Positions 16,748-27,296 of a DNA stretch of 64,000 bases are shown piece by piece. Location of the stretch: contig CAZWYM010000006.1 of assembly GCA_964638425.1 (NCBI GenBank), forward strand, positions 3,054 to 67,053, written 5' to 3'. Within the stretch, counting starts at the first letter, position 1, and each line of letters starts with the position of its first letter. The notes beneath the pieces were generated by a model, which saw nothing but the letters and a program-made list of their open reading frames with translations, was not told where the DNA came from and made no database searches. The stretch is from an uncultured Candidatus Saccharibacteria bacterium. Lineage in GTDB: Bacteria; Patescibacteriota; Minisyncoccia; Phycocordibacterales; UBA918. The translations under genes were made by a program, and so were the position numbers.

Positions 16748-18397
16748 TTATTTGCGGGTCAAAACACCTCGCTCGTAGAGGTATTCTACAATATCATTAA
16801 CGAGCCCTTCAGGGGTATTCTCTTCAGTACGTGCAATAAGTTCTGGGTTCTCGGGTACTTCGTATGGGTCACTAATACCAGTAAATCCTTTGATGAGTCC
16901 TTGTCTCGCTTTTGCATAGAGACCCTTCGTGTCACGTCGTTCACACTCTTCGAGTGAGGTGTCGACGTACACTTCAATAAATTCACCATAATGCTCTATC
17001 CTACTTCGTACGGCTCTTCGCGCTTCTTTATATGGCGCAATGAGTGAACAAATAACAATTCCCCCATGCTTCACCACCTCACTCGCCACGAAGCCAACGC
17101 GACGCACGTTTTCATCTCTATCTTCTTTTGAAAATCCAAGACCCTTTGAGAGATGGTCTCGTATCACGTCACCGTCGAGGAATGTCACTTCTCTATCTTG
17201 TAGTTCTTGGAGACGTGCGAGAAGGAGTTGTGCGAGTGTCGACTTGCCTGAGCATGAGAGACCGGTGAAGAAAATAGTGAGTCCAGGACGAGTATCCTTC
17301 TTCATACTTTCACGGAGAATATCAATACTCTCTTTAAATGAAAACCAGTGCGGTATTTCTTCACCCTCACGGAGCTTTCTTCGAAACTCCGTACCTGAGA
17401 TGTTTTCGATTTCATCTTCTGGGGTAACTTCGCTTGTCGCCACATACTCCTCGCGCGTCTTTGAATATGCGAGTTCATCAGACGGCACAATCGTCATCCC
17501 AATTTCATCTGCATGTTCGAGGACCAAATCGCGTGCCTCGTATGGGCCATAAAAATCCTTACCATCACTTCCCTTACCTGGGCCAGCATGGTCACGTCCG
17601 ACAATAAAATGTGTACATCCATAATTCTTACGAATGATAGCGTGCCAGAGTGCTTCACGCGGACCTGCCATACGCATTGCGAGCGGAAGGAGCGAGAGAT
17701 AGGTAAAATCTTTTCCGTAGGTATTGCATACCACGTTATAGGTGCGTACGCGTGTGACGTAATCAATGTCCCCAGGTCGCGTCATTCCCACAACAGGGTG
17801 AATGAGGACAGGCGCCCCCGTCTTCTCATGCGCGCGCTTCACGAGCTCGAAGTGTGCTCGGTGCATAGGGTTACGTGTCTGAAAACCAACGACAGTGTCC
17901 CAACCCTTCTCCTTAAAGAGAGCCTTTAATTCTGCTGGTGTCTTTCTAAATTGCTTAAAGTCATTTCGTTCAGGAAGCGCGATTTTTTCGAGAGTCCCTC
18001 CGAGATACACATCATGCATTTCGTCCATGACATACTGCACACCAGGGTGCATTCGGTCGTTTGTTCCGTACACACCGAGCACCTCCTTCTCTTTGTCTGG
18101 AGTAAAACGCGACGTGATACTCATGACTGCGAGCGGATTTCCAAATGAATCACAGAGGAGAACCTTATCACCCACCTGATATACACTACTTGAAGGAACA
18201 TCGAGAACAATCGGTATCGGGAAGAGCTGTCCATCAGCGAGACGCATAGATGCGACAACAGCATTGTAGTCTGCCTCGTCCATGAAGCCGGTAACTGGAT
18301 TGAAACCACCCACAAGCATCACCTCGAGGTCATGGAGCTTTCTTCCGGTGAGATTAAGGCGTGGTAGATGCGTTGTATCGGTGAGTTCGGTATTCAT
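16748..18397 (-). CDS. sat: Bifunctional sulfate adenylyltransferase / adenylylsulfate kinase (Sat-CysC, PAPS synthase)
   Basis: FQTRNPMHRAH and VGRDHAG (ATP sulfurylase); GLSCSGKST, LDGD, RDTKGLY, FTGISDPYE (APS kinase). Confidence 0.95.
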   Translation of the reverse strand: MNTELTDTTHLPRLNLTGRKLHDLEVMLVGGFNPVTGFMDEADYNAVVASMRLADGQLFPIPIVLDVPSSSVYQVGDKVLLCDSFGNPLAVMSITSRFTPDKEKEVLGVYGTNDRMHPGVQYVMDEMHDVYLGGTLEKIALPERNDFKQFRKTPAELKALFKEKGWDTVVGFQTRNPMHRAHFELVKRAHEKTGAPVLIHPVVGMTRPGDIDYVTRVRTYNVVCNTYGKDFTYLSLLPLAMRMAGPREALWHAIIRKNYGCTHFIVGRDHAGPGKGSDGKDFYGPYEARDLVLEHADEIGMTIVPSDELAYSKTREEYVATSEVTPEDEIENISGTEFRRKLREGEEIPHWFSFKESIDILRESMKKDTRPGLTIFFTGLSCSGKSTLAQLLLARLQELQDREVTFLDGDVIRDHLSKGLGFSKEDRDENVRRVGFVASEVVKHGGIVICSLIAPYKEARRAVRSRIEHYGEFIEVYVDTSLEECERRDTKGLYAKARQGLIKGFTGISDPYEVPENPELIARTEENTPEGLVNDIVEYLYERGVLTRK

Positions 18398-18399
18398 AT

Positions 18400-19110
18400 T
18401 TATGTATTCAAAAATATCTTTTTAATTTTTTCAAGCTCGTATGATTCATCTGTTTCGGATATTTTCTCAATATCCTCCTCAGCAGAAAATCCCGTCTGCA
18501 CTTCGAGCACTTCGAGAGGCTCTCCTTCGGGAGCTTTGAGCGTGTGCCATACACCCGGCAAATTAACGCGCACTTCGCCCGTTGGCATAAAGAAGAACTC
18601 GCTTCGGTCGTTGTGTCGCTGTAAGGAGAGCGACTTCCCCGGCTCAACGTGAATCATTTTCACCTTGAGTTTATGCATGTCGAGGATGACGTCGTACCAA
18701 CCCCACCTCGTCATCACCCGTTGCTTCGCATTTAAGGCTGAGCTTGAAGAGTATTTTCCTCCCCCAAGCTCGAAGACTGGTTCAATTCCCAATTCTTCAC
18801 AGACTGATAACTCTGGAGTATTTGTCTTTCCTCTATCACCGCCATTACCGAAGTAATCTGGTTTGATGCGACGGAGCGCTTCGCAGACCGTACCATCTGC
18901 ATCATCGACCGCATGAACATGTGGCGTGTATGCTTCAAGTATTTTCTTTCTATCGGTCCATGGCTGGAAGAAAAAACCCTTCTTACGAATGAGCCAATCA
19001 TCGCTGTTTACCACAACGTGCACTTCTCCGTACTTGGCCGCCTCTTCAATCATGGCTATATGGCCTGGATGAATGGGGTCGAATCCTCCTGATATGACAA
19101 TTCGTTTCAT
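18400..19110 (-). CDS. HxGH nucleotidylyltransferase (TagD/RfaE-like) fused to a short cupin
   Basis: SGGFDPIHPGH, NGGDR, SSS; C-terminal RWGWY...KVK...SLSLQRH..RSE resembling a type II phosphomannose isomerase cupin. Confidence 0.85.
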   Translation of the reverse strand: MKRIVISGGFDPIHPGHIAMIEEAAKYGEVHVVVNSDDWLIRKKGFFFQPWTDRKKILEAYTPHVHAVDDADGTVCEALRRIKPDYFGNGGDRGKTNTPELSVCEELGIEPVFELGGGKYSSSSALNAKQRVMTRWGWYDVILDMHKLKVKMIHVEPGKSLSLQRHNDRSEFFFMPTGEVRVNLPGVWHTLKAPEGEPLEVLEVQTGFSAEEDIEKISETDESYELEKIKKIFLNT

Positions 19111-19158
19111 AGTGTATGCGCATTATAACCTAAAGCATCCTAAAAGGTTACAAACTAC

Positions 19159-20964
19159 TTATGGTGCAATTTTTGAAAATTGATAAATGCTCCCCGATGG
19201 AAATTCAGCAACTTTCTTGAAAAATCCAGATTTTTCAATGCGTCTCATCACCTCATCATGCTGTACATATTCTGGACTGAGGAGTATGTAGTCTATTTCG
19301 TATCGTGTGAGATTTTCTTCAAGAGGTCGAGCGCTGATATTAAACCAGCGCATATACATATACTCAAACTGGCTCTTTGGAATCATTTCACCTTCCTTGT
19401 ACGGGGTTCGTGTCAAAAATGACTGTATCTTTTTTCTGTTTTCACTTGATTGATACGTATCAATATATCTATTCCCCCAGAATTCTCTCTGGGCTTCTCG
19501 TATTGTCGTCACATCCATAAGTGGGTCAAAGAGGTGTTGTATGAGCCAACGCTCTTCAGTCTCCTTGTGTGACGCTGGATAGAGAGCTGCGTAAAAATTA
19601 AAGTACACATTATTTTTGGTGTACACAGGGATGAGGTAATCGTAACCACCCCCCAAAGCATACACAACCGAATCTCTCTCAGTGTTGGTATTGAGCCAAT
19701 CAAAGACATCCATCTTACTCTGTTCTTCACGTAACATTGCTTCTGAGTATGGCATCTCAAATACATGCATAAACTCTCGCTTCTGACGGAAGCCAACAAA
19801 GCAGAGAAACAGTATTAGCCCACATACAATCGTGTACTTAAACCACTTTGACACAAAGTCACCTTTTGATATGAGTTCCGAATGAATACGTGCAAGAACA
19901 AGAAGTGAAAGAAGAATGGTAACGAGAAGGTAGTGACTTGAAAATTGGAGTGATGTACCCGTAATTATATTTTGCCAATTAAGCGCAAAGATGGTCAGCA
20001 CACTTGCAAGTGTATACGCCAACGAACGCGCCGAAAGAAAACGAACACAGAGCATGACAAGACCGAAAACCATTCCGCCTATCATCATATTCGTAAAGCT
20101 TCCAGGTATATGGGTATGCATCAATCCATATCGAGACATCGTTTCGTCATAAAATGGAAGATGCGACGCTCGTATTTGGAAATACGCATAGAGTGACGCG
20201 AGTGGAAGAAATCCAGCAAGAAACCATGGGATATTTTTTGCGAATGGTCTATGACTCTTTTCTACAAATGACTGTACGGTGAATACAGCACCCATAAAAG
20301 CAAGAAGTGCGGTGAAGTAGTATGGCGAAATGAAGCACGTAATTCCGGCAACAAGCCCTGCACTATATTTTAATTTCCACGAAACCTCTCCCTCGGTAAC
20401 GTATATTTTTGTAATCGTAATGAGCCCAAAGAAGAGGAAGAGCGTATTGATCTGAGGACTAATTGGTCGCCCAAACGTGGAGAGAAATGCAATGAAAAAT
20501 AGTACCGTATAAAGAAGTGCAATCCTTTTTCCTTTAGTGAGGACAAGGAAAAGAGCATACACCAACATAAAATTAGTGACCCCGAGTACAAAATCCCCTG
20601 CACTCGTGATGAATGGAACACTCATTCCTGTAAAGGTAGCTACTCCTGCCACAGCCCACTCTGCAAGTGGAGGCATGATGAACGGGTCGTTCTTATGTTC
20701 TTTGATGTATGGATTCCCGAGGGAGAGGTTTCCTTCGGCGACCTCCTTGATGCGCGCCTGATACGTAATTTCGTCATCACTGAAAATTGGGTACACACCC
20801 CTAAAGTTGTCTGAACCAACAATACTCCGCGCACGGATGTGTGGGGACATAATAAGAAGCGCCATCACAAACGCTACGATAAGTACCGCCCTGTTCTCCT
20901 TTATCCATCGTGCAACCGTATCTAAAAAATGGATTGTATTACTTTTTACTAAATTGATTTCCAT
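19159..20964 (-). CDS. Large polytopic membrane protein, probable GT-C glycosyltransferase
   Basis: DDEITY acidic motif after TM1, about 11 TMs, soluble tail with WLNTNT...YEIDYIL; next to GtrA. Confidence 0.65.
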   Translation of the reverse strand: MEINLVKSNTIHFLDTVARWIKENRAVLIVAFVMALLIMSPHIRARSIVGSDNFRGVYPIFSDDEITYQARIKEVAEGNLSLGNPYIKEHKNDPFIMPPLAEWAVAGVATFTGMSVPFITSAGDFVLGVTNFMLVYALFLVLTKGKRIALLYTVLFFIAFLSTFGRPISPQINTLFLFFGLITITKIYVTEGEVSWKLKYSAGLVAGITCFISPYYFTALLAFMGAVFTVQSFVEKSHRPFAKNIPWFLAGFLPLASLYAYFQIRASHLPFYDETMSRYGLMHTHIPGSFTNMMIGGMVFGLVMLCVRFLSARSLAYTLASVLTIFALNWQNIITGTSLQFSSHYLLVTILLSLLVLARIHSELISKGDFVSKWFKYTIVCGLILFLCFVGFRQKREFMHVFEMPYSEAMLREEQSKMDVFDWLNTNTERDSVVYALGGGYDYLIPVYTKNNVYFNFYAALYPASHKETEERWLIQHLFDPLMDVTTIREAQREFWGNRYIDTYQSSENRKKIQSFLTRTPYKEGEMIPKSQFEYMYMRWFNISARPLEENLTRYEIDYILLSPEYVQHDEVMRRIEKSGFFKKVAEFPSGSIYQFSKIAP

Positions 20965-20976
20965 ATATGCGAAATA

Positions 20977-21363
20977 TCACACAAAAATAACGAACCGATG
21001 CATAGTAAAAGTAAATATTGCGAGGAGTCCAACAATAAGTGCTTGTGCGTATAGATACGGAACACCAAGATATGTTACGAGTGTGTACATACCCACAGTA
21101 TTGAGTGCGAGACAGAAAAATCCAAGAAGAACGTATTTCACGAATTGAGACTTGATTACATCTTTCTCCATATGCTTATGCACAAAAAATTTCTGCAACG
21201 TAAAATTAACAACAATCGCAATGCTGTATGAGAGTACTGACGCTATGAGATACCACATCCCGAAAATATCGGTAAGGACAAATACAAGACAGAGGTGTAA
21301 AACAGCAACAGAGAGTCCTACCGTGCCAAACCGAATAATTTCAAAAAAGGTAGCTCGGTTCAT
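20977..21363 (-). CDS. GtrA family flippase
   Basis: IIRFGTVG...NFTLQKFFV, 4 TM. Confidence 0.88.
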   Translation of the reverse strand: MNRATFFEIIRFGTVGLSVAVLHLCLVFVLTDIFGMWYLIASVLSYSIAIVVNFTLQKFFVHKHMEKDVIKSQFVKYVLLGFFCLALNTVGMYTLVTYLGVPYLYAQALIVGLLAIFTFTMHRFVIFV

Positions 21364-21376
21364 ATATTCTCTCTAT

Positions 21377-22144
21377 TTAGATTTTTGTCCCCGTTAAAAT
21401 CCATCCTGAATTATTCTTTGGTGCGGTGACGGTAACGTCATGGAGTGGAAGATTTTTTACAAGGGCTCCTACCTCGCCTTTCTTCCAGTAATGCGCAATA
21501 TCTGGAATGAGCTGATCAAACACAATGCTGTGTACATGCCAGAAATTAAATGTCGATAGTTGTTTCAAGTATTCACTTGGGCCCTTTCGCGCTTTTACAT
21601 AGAGGTAGAGTGGCACCGAGCAGAAATATGCAAGGAAATGCACGAGACCCACAGGGAGCTTTGAAGTGATGTGAATACGCACCGGGTCGACATACCGAAC
21701 AATCCATTCATTACCTTCGTACCCGTATACCCAAATGAGGAGCTTCCCTCCCGGCTTGAGTGCACGCGTCATATTTTCTAGTGCGCGCTCAGGGTCTTTC
21801 AAATGGTGAATAACTCCAATAGAAAAGGCAACATCAAATTCATTTTCCCAGGTGATGTCATAGATACTCTTGAAATAAACCTGCGCACTTGGATACCCCA
21901 TGAGTGTTTGCTTCGCTCGTTCAACTGAACGTTCATCAAAATCAAATGCAGTAACTGACTCAGCGCCGAAGGTCATTGGCCAGAGGCTGTTACGCCCCAT
22001 ACCACACCCCGCATCGAGCACCTTCTTCCCTACCCAATCAGAAGAACTCATTGAACCCGTCCAATTGAGAAACTGGTCTTTGTAATCCTCGGTAACCCAC
22101 GAATAGGTATCCCACTCATATCCAAATCGATTCTGTGATGACAT
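21377..22144 (-). CDS. Class I SAM-dependent methyltransferase
   Basis: VLDAGCGMGR, GVIHHL, LKPGG. Confidence 0.9.
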   Translation of the reverse strand: MSSQNRFGYEWDTYSWVTEDYKDQFLNWTGSMSSSDWVGKKVLDAGCGMGRNSLWPMTFGAESVTAFDFDERSVERAKQTLMGYPSAQVYFKSIYDITWENEFDVAFSIGVIHHLKDPERALENMTRALKPGGKLLIWVYGYEGNEWIVRYVDPVRIHITSKLPVGLVHFLAYFCSVPLYLYVKARKGPSEYLKQLSTFNFWHVHSIVFDQLIPDIAHYWKKGEVGALVKNLPLHDVTVTAPKNNSGWILTGTKI

Positions 22145-22157
22145 AACTAACTACGTA

Positions 22158-22736
22158 TTATTTCTTCTTAAAAACAAATTCAATCTCATCAAATCCTCCA
22201 ACCCAAAAACACCAAATGCGACTCGCAAATGCTGGAGAGAGATTTGCAACCCATGAAATAACTCCACTCACAAAACGGAGAATTGCTATCATCGTACTCC
22301 CGTACCCCATAGACGGTAGTAGGTGCAAAAAAGCGAGCCAGCGCATCTGCATTTTTTCTAGTGTGTATTCAACTCCAAAGAATCCTGACGTGGTGAAATC
22401 TTTTCTGAAATACAGTGGGAATGTAATATCAAAACCATGTGCATGTTCAGCGTGCGTAAACCCGCGACTGAAGTGAGGTACCTTGAGATGCAGTGTTCCT
22501 CCTGGTTTCAAAATACGATGCATCTCTCGCATGACGTCGAATGGCTTATCGAGATGTTCAAGTACGTGGAATGCTTCAATCAAATCGAAAGTATTATCGG
22601 GAAATGCGTACGGGAACTTGTTTAAGTCTTGAACGACATCGGGATTATTGAGTGGTGACCAATCAAGATTGATGTACCCTTCTTTCTTGTGCTCCCCGCA
22701 TCCAAGATTTAATTTTTTAATTTCAGAATTATTCAT
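22158..22736 (-). CDS. Methyltransferase type 11-like
   Basis: LNLGCG, HVLEHL, RILKPGG. Confidence 0.85.
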   Translation of the reverse strand: MNNSEIKKLNLGCGEHKKEGYINLDWSPLNNPDVVQDLNKFPYAFPDNTFDLIEAFHVLEHLDKPFDVMREMHRILKPGGTLHLKVPHFSRGFTHAEHAHGFDITFPLYFRKDFTTSGFFGVEYTLEKMQMRWLAFLHLLPSMGYGSTMIAILRFVSGVISWVANLSPAFASRIWCFWVGGFDEIEFVFKKK

Positions 22737-24582
22737 GCCATTTTTCCATCCAGAGTGCTAAGACAAATAACGTCCAGAGTTTCTTTCTATTGTCTCGTGT
22801 GCCATTTAGGTGGGACTCCAAGAGTATAGCAAGGCCATCACGCTTGAACAAACCGCTTTTTATAAGACTTCCCTCGAGGAGGGTCTCATGGAAGACGTCC
22901 TTGAGCTCACCTCGAATCCATGCCCCAATAGGGATATTGAACCCCTTCTTCTTCCGAGAAATAATGTGTTGCGGTAGGTACCCCTTCATCATTTCCTTGA
23001 GAATGTACTTTCCTGTTCTTCCGTGGAGTTTGTACTCAGTAGGTAGGGTAAGTGCAAAATTGACGAGGTCAATATCGAGAAACGGCGCCCGTACCTCAAG
23101 TCCGTGTGCCATCCCTGCCCTGTCTGTTTTTACCAAAATATCTTCAGCGAGGTACCCGTCTAGGTATTCCATTTGGAGACCGTCCCAAAAATCAACGTCA
23201 CTTTGGTAACGTGCATCAGTCATTGCAAAAAGCTTTGGCGTATTGAGCTCGTATGTGAGAATGCCGGAGAGCTCGTCAGGAGTAAACGCACTGAGCCAGT
23301 ACGTATTCCGCCGTGCACGGGTTGTCTTAAACCCCGAAAGAAACTTCTTTATTTTAAAATCAAAACTCATGTACTCATGTGACACAGGAAGCATCTCCGC
23401 CATATGAGAAATTCCACTCTGTATGAAGCTCGGTACATGCTCGTATATATCTCCCACCTTATGTGCATAAAACGTATCGTACCCAAAAAAGAGTTCATCA
23501 GCTCCGTCTCCCCCGAGAACGACCTTTACCTCACCGCTCGTGAACGCCGATACGGCGAGTGTGGGAATAATTGAAGAATCTGCCATTGGTTCATCGAGAA
23601 CATTTGGAATATCCTTAACGACCTGCAAGAGGTCTTGCGGACCCACGATGCGCTCATGGTGCTCCGTCCCGAGTGCTTCCGCAACCTCGCGAGCATAGAC
23701 ACTCTCATCAAAACTTTTGTTATCGAATCCAATAGAGAATGTATTCACCTTTCGATTACTCGCCTTCTGTGCAAAATATGCAACAGTACTCGAATCGAGA
23801 CCCCCACTCAAAAAGACTCCCACAGGTACGTCAGCAACCATTCGCTTCTCTACCGCGCGCAAAAGCAACTCATGCAATTCATTTTTTGCATCACTGAAAC
23901 TTCCGCCAAAACTTCCGAGGGTAGATCTCGTCTCGGTAAACTTTGCATGCTTGATTTCCTTTCCATCAAACGTAAGTGACGACCCCGGCTCAAGCTTAAA
24001 AACATTTGTATAAATGGTCGCTGGACTCTGTATGTATTCTCGAACAAGGTACTCTGTAACTGCATCAGTGTTTATTTCTCGAGGGCACTCCGGATGGGCG
24101 CGGAGAGCTTTGAGTTCTGAACCAAAAATAAGTGTCTCGCCATTTAGCGTCCAATAGAGGGGTTTCTTGCCAAGATGATCGCGCGCAAGGAGGAGCGTTC
24201 CCTTCTTCGCGTCATAGAGTGCTATGGCAAACATCCCTTTAATTTTTTTGAGGAATGCTTCACCAAGCTCCTCGTATAGATGGAGAATGACTTCGGTATC
24301 ACTACTCCCCACGAATGTGTACGCACTCAAAAATTCCTTTCTCAATTCTGAGTGGTTGTATATCTCCCCATTAAATACGAGCGCTACATCTCCCCCACCA
24401 TTCGCCATCGGTTGGTGTCCTGCACTTGAAAGGTCGAGGATGGAAAGACGTCGGTGTGCGAGTCCGACAGGACCTACTTCGAAAACACCTCCATCATCTG
24501 GTCCACGGTGTGTGAGCGAGTCCCCCATGCGGGTGAGAACGTCTCGTGTACCAGTCCCCCAATACCCCGCAATCCCACACAT
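22729..24582 (-). CDS. asnB: Asparagine synthase-like glutamine amidotransferase (glycan amidation)
   Basis: MCGIAG, HRGPD, RLSILD, NGEIYN, LSGGLDSS, GDGADE. Confidence 0.93.
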   Translation of the reverse strand: MCGIAGYWGTGTRDVLTRMGDSLTHRGPDDGGVFEVGPVGLAHRRLSILDLSSAGHQPMANGGGDVALVFNGEIYNHSELRKEFLSAYTFVGSSDTEVILHLYEELGEAFLKKIKGMFAIALYDAKKGTLLLARDHLGKKPLYWTLNGETLIFGSELKALRAHPECPREINTDAVTEYLVREYIQSPATIYTNVFKLEPGSSLTFDGKEIKHAKFTETRSTLGSFGGSFSDAKNELHELLLRAVEKRMVADVPVGVFLSGGLDSSTVAYFAQKASNRKVNTFSIGFDNKSFDESVYAREVAEALGTEHHERIVGPQDLLQVVKDIPNVLDEPMADSSIIPTLAVSAFTSGEVKVVLGGDGADELFFGYDTFYAHKVGDIYEHVPSFIQSGISHMAEMLPVSHEYMSFDFKIKKFLSGFKTTRARRNTYWLSAFTPDELSGILTYELNTPKLFAMTDARYQSDVDFWDGLQMEYLDGYLAEDILVKTDRAGMAHGLEVRAPFLDIDLVNFALTLPTEYKLHGRTGKYILKEMMKGYLPQHIISRKKKGFNIPIGAWIRGELKDVFHETLLEGSLIKSGLFKRDGLAILLESHLNGTRDNRKKLWTLFVLALWMEKWHE

Positions 24583-24584
24583 AT

Positions 24585-25529
24585 TTATAGATTGATAGTT
24601 TCCTTAATGAGGTACGCCTTCTTCCCTTGTGACTCGTAGTAGGTACGCATAATCATTTCTGCGAGAATACCCATAGTGATGAGTTGTACACCCACAATGA
24701 TGCAGAGTGCAGAGAGTACCGGAAGTGGGGTTTGAATCATTGAGGTGTTATAGAAAACCTTCAATACAACAGCTCCACACCCTGCGAGCACTCCCGCTAA
24801 CCCAAAGAAAAATCCAATGCGACCAAAGAATTGAATTGGTCTGTCCATGTACTTGTATAAAAACTGGAGAACGAGTAAATCGAGCAATACGCGGAGCGTC
24901 CTCGAGAATCCATAATTACTCTTCCCATATTTACGTGGAGCGTAGGACACTTCTATCTCAGTAACACGTGCGCCCATACGTGATGCGTATGCAGGAATAA
25001 ATCGATGCATCTCACCGTAGAGGTTTACTCCCTGAATGACATCGGCGCGATACGCTTTGAGAGTGCACCCATAATCATGAAGCGGTACTCCGGACACATA
25101 CGAAATGAGTTTGTTCGCCATAATCGATGGCAATTTTCGTACGAGTTTTTTATCTGCCCATCTATTTCTTCGCCACCCAGAAACCACATCGAATCCTTCA
25201 TCCATTTTCTTGAGCATTCGTACAATATCCTTCGGGTCGTTTTCCAAATCAGAATCAAGTGGAATGATAATGTCCCCTGTTGCGTGCTCAATACCAGCAT
25301 GGATTGCTGCGGTCTGTCCTGCGTTTACGCGGAAGTGAATAACTTTAATTTTCGGGTTTTTTGAAGCGACAGCATTGAGTTCGCTTGCACTCGTATCTTT
25401 CGAGCCGTCGTTCACCGCAATGACTTCATACTCATACCCGATATCCTGCATTGCTTCCGCAATCCGCACAAAAAGCTCAGGGATACTCTTCCCTTCATTG
25501 TAGATTGGTAGAACGAGTGACAGTTTCAT
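24585..25529 (-). CDS. GT2 (ArnC/GtrB-like) with two C-terminal TMs
   Basis: PIYNE, NDGSKD, DSDLENDP, VVSGWR, LYGEMHRFIP. Confidence 0.92.
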   Translation of the reverse strand: MKLSLVLPIYNEGKSIPELFVRIAEAMQDIGYEYEVIAVNDGSKDTSASELNAVASKNPKIKVIHFRVNAGQTAAIHAGIEHATGDIIIPLDSDLENDPKDIVRMLKKMDEGFDVVSGWRRNRWADKKLVRKLPSIMANKLISYVSGVPLHDYGCTLKAYRADVIQGVNLYGEMHRFIPAYASRMGARVTEIEVSYAPRKYGKSNYGFSRTLRVLLDLLVLQFLYKYMDRPIQFFGRIGFFFGLAGVLAGCGAVVLKVFYNTSMIQTPLPVLSALCIIVGVQLITMGILAEMIMRTYYESQGKKAYLIKETINL

Positions 25530-25568
25530 ATTGAGAGGATGATACCACTGAATGCAACTTTGTACATT

Positions 25569-26486
25569 TTAAACATTACCCTTCTTTAAGATATCTTTAT
25601 AGATACGATTAATCCCATAAAAATAAAACTTCTCGCGACTTGGCCCAGTGTAATGGCGCATAACCGTATCCTGAGTAATTCCACCCTTAATAAAATACGT
25701 ATCCCTTGGCAAAATCCGTACCGGCTCTAAAACAGTTCCGAAACAGGCTTGATCTGAAAAAATTGATTCTTTACTCAGGTAATCAACACGGGAAATATAC
25801 GTACTCACCTTACCCAGTTCGTAATTATCCCTATGGAATAAAATAATTCCTGAATTGCATTCCGCTGTCTTGTCGTCAGTCTGTGAACCATCTTTGAAGG
25901 TGACATGAATTCTCTCTGGGTGATTCGACATCATGTACGTGTAAGTACGAACATCATTTGTATCGATTGCATCAACAAGTTCCTTAGGATTCTTAAACCA
26001 AAGTAGGTCTGAATCTAAAAAGAGGATAATATCAGCCTTTGCTTCAAAATAGACATCAATTATTTTTTTAGCTTGGAATCCCGTGAATTCACTCCTAAAC
26101 TTCTTTAAGATAGGATACTCTCTAAGCGCATCTCTATGTTCGCTGAAAAAGTTATGGGCATTCACTATTGTGGCACTCGGGAAAAGTCTTTTAAACATCA
26201 CTATTTCAGCCTGAGTGAGAGAGCCGTCGTTATGGAGCGTAAGATGACCTATTGCTTTAGATGAAGCGTAATAGCTTGCAAGTGACCACGCAGCCAATAC
26301 AGCATCCCTATGACACGTAAGCATATGGATAGAAAGATTCGGATGCGTTATGTTGCGCTCAAGTGGTGTCCTCCATTTTGTGATCCTTTGCGCAACAATA
26401 TATCTATAATAGAGATACCTAAAGCCAGCCTTGTATCTAAAAAAGACTTTATACATTATGGCGAGGTTTTTCTTTAGATTTGTCAT
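25569..26486 (-). CDS. Putative GT-A fold glycosyltransferase
   Basis: HNDGSL, FLDSDLLWF (DxD), CNSG, DQ motifs. Confidence 0.6.
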   Translation of the reverse strand: MTNLKKNLAIMYKVFFRYKAGFRYLYYRYIVAQRITKWRTPLERNITHPNLSIHMLTCHRDAVLAAWSLASYYASSKAIGHLTLHNDGSLTQAEIVMFKRLFPSATIVNAHNFFSEHRDALREYPILKKFRSEFTGFQAKKIIDVYFEAKADIILFLDSDLLWFKNPKELVDAIDTNDVRTYTYMMSNHPERIHVTFKDGSQTDDKTAECNSGIILFHRDNYELGKVSTYISRVDYLSKESIFSDQACFGTVLEPVRILPRDTYFIKGGITQDTVMRHYTGPSREKFYFYGINRIYKDILKKGNV

Positions 26487-26525
26487 ACTAACATTAGATT
26501 ACTAGCATGATAACAAAACGCTCGT

Positions 26526-27278
26526 TCATTTAGTTCCTAAACTATCGCGTATTTTTTCAAAGCAACGTATGCAAACATACTTGATAAAACTAACTGATTT
26601 TGGTTGCTCAAGCTCCCTCGGGACCGCAAGAAAATTGTAAAATGAATTCATTAAATATGGCATACGACACCATCCATGACGACTATCGAATCGGTAAAAG
26701 ATATACTCCGGGAGATGTTTTGATATATCACTCGGCTTCTTGCCTAGTTTTTGTAAGACTCGTGGATTCACTTCAATAATAAAACGTGGTCGTGATTCAT
26801 TAATGATGCGTTTTGCTCCAGCAAGAACTTCTGGCTCCATCCCCTCAACATCAATCTTTATAAAAGATATTTTTTCTGTAATGAGTGTATCGAGTGTCTG
26901 TGGTGATAAATCTCCGTTCTCAAGATAGTGATTACTCCCAGATGACTTTGTACTTCCTTGGGAATATTTTTTTAATGGATCACCCAAAAGTACATTTAAA
27001 GGGGTGGCGTTTCGGACGTTGTTCGCAATAAGATTCTCTTGGAGTAATTGAAACGTTCGAGGAAGAGCCTCTATTGCAATAACTTTTTCCGCTTTTTGAG
27101 CCATTGGGATAGCCCACAAACCAACGTGAGCACCAACGTCAACAATCGTCCCTGATACGTATGGGAAGCATGCTTCAATATCGGCGTACATATATGCACC
27201 ATCTTTCTGTAAGCTCTCCTGCATTCGCGCATCACCCTCAAGAGTGATGATTCCATGTTTCGTTGAATATGTACCCAT
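26526..27278 (-). CDS. FkbM family methyltransferase
   Basis: VDVGAHVG, IKIDVEGME. Start uncertain (27278-27296). Confidence 0.9.
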   Translation of the reverse strand: MGTYSTKHGIITLEGDARMQESLQKDGAYMYADIEACFPYVSGTIVDVGAHVGLWAIPMAQKAEKVIAIEALPRTFQLLQENLIANNVRNATPLNVLLGDPLKKYSQGSTKSSGSNHYLENGDLSPQTLDTLITEKISFIKIDVEGMEPEVLAGAKRIINESRPRFIIEVNPRVLQKLGKKPSDISKHLPEYIFYRFDSRHGWCRMPYLMNSFYNFLAVPRELEQPKSVSFIKYVCIRCFEKIRDSLGTK

Positions 27279-27296
27279 AAAATAAATATTACCCAA

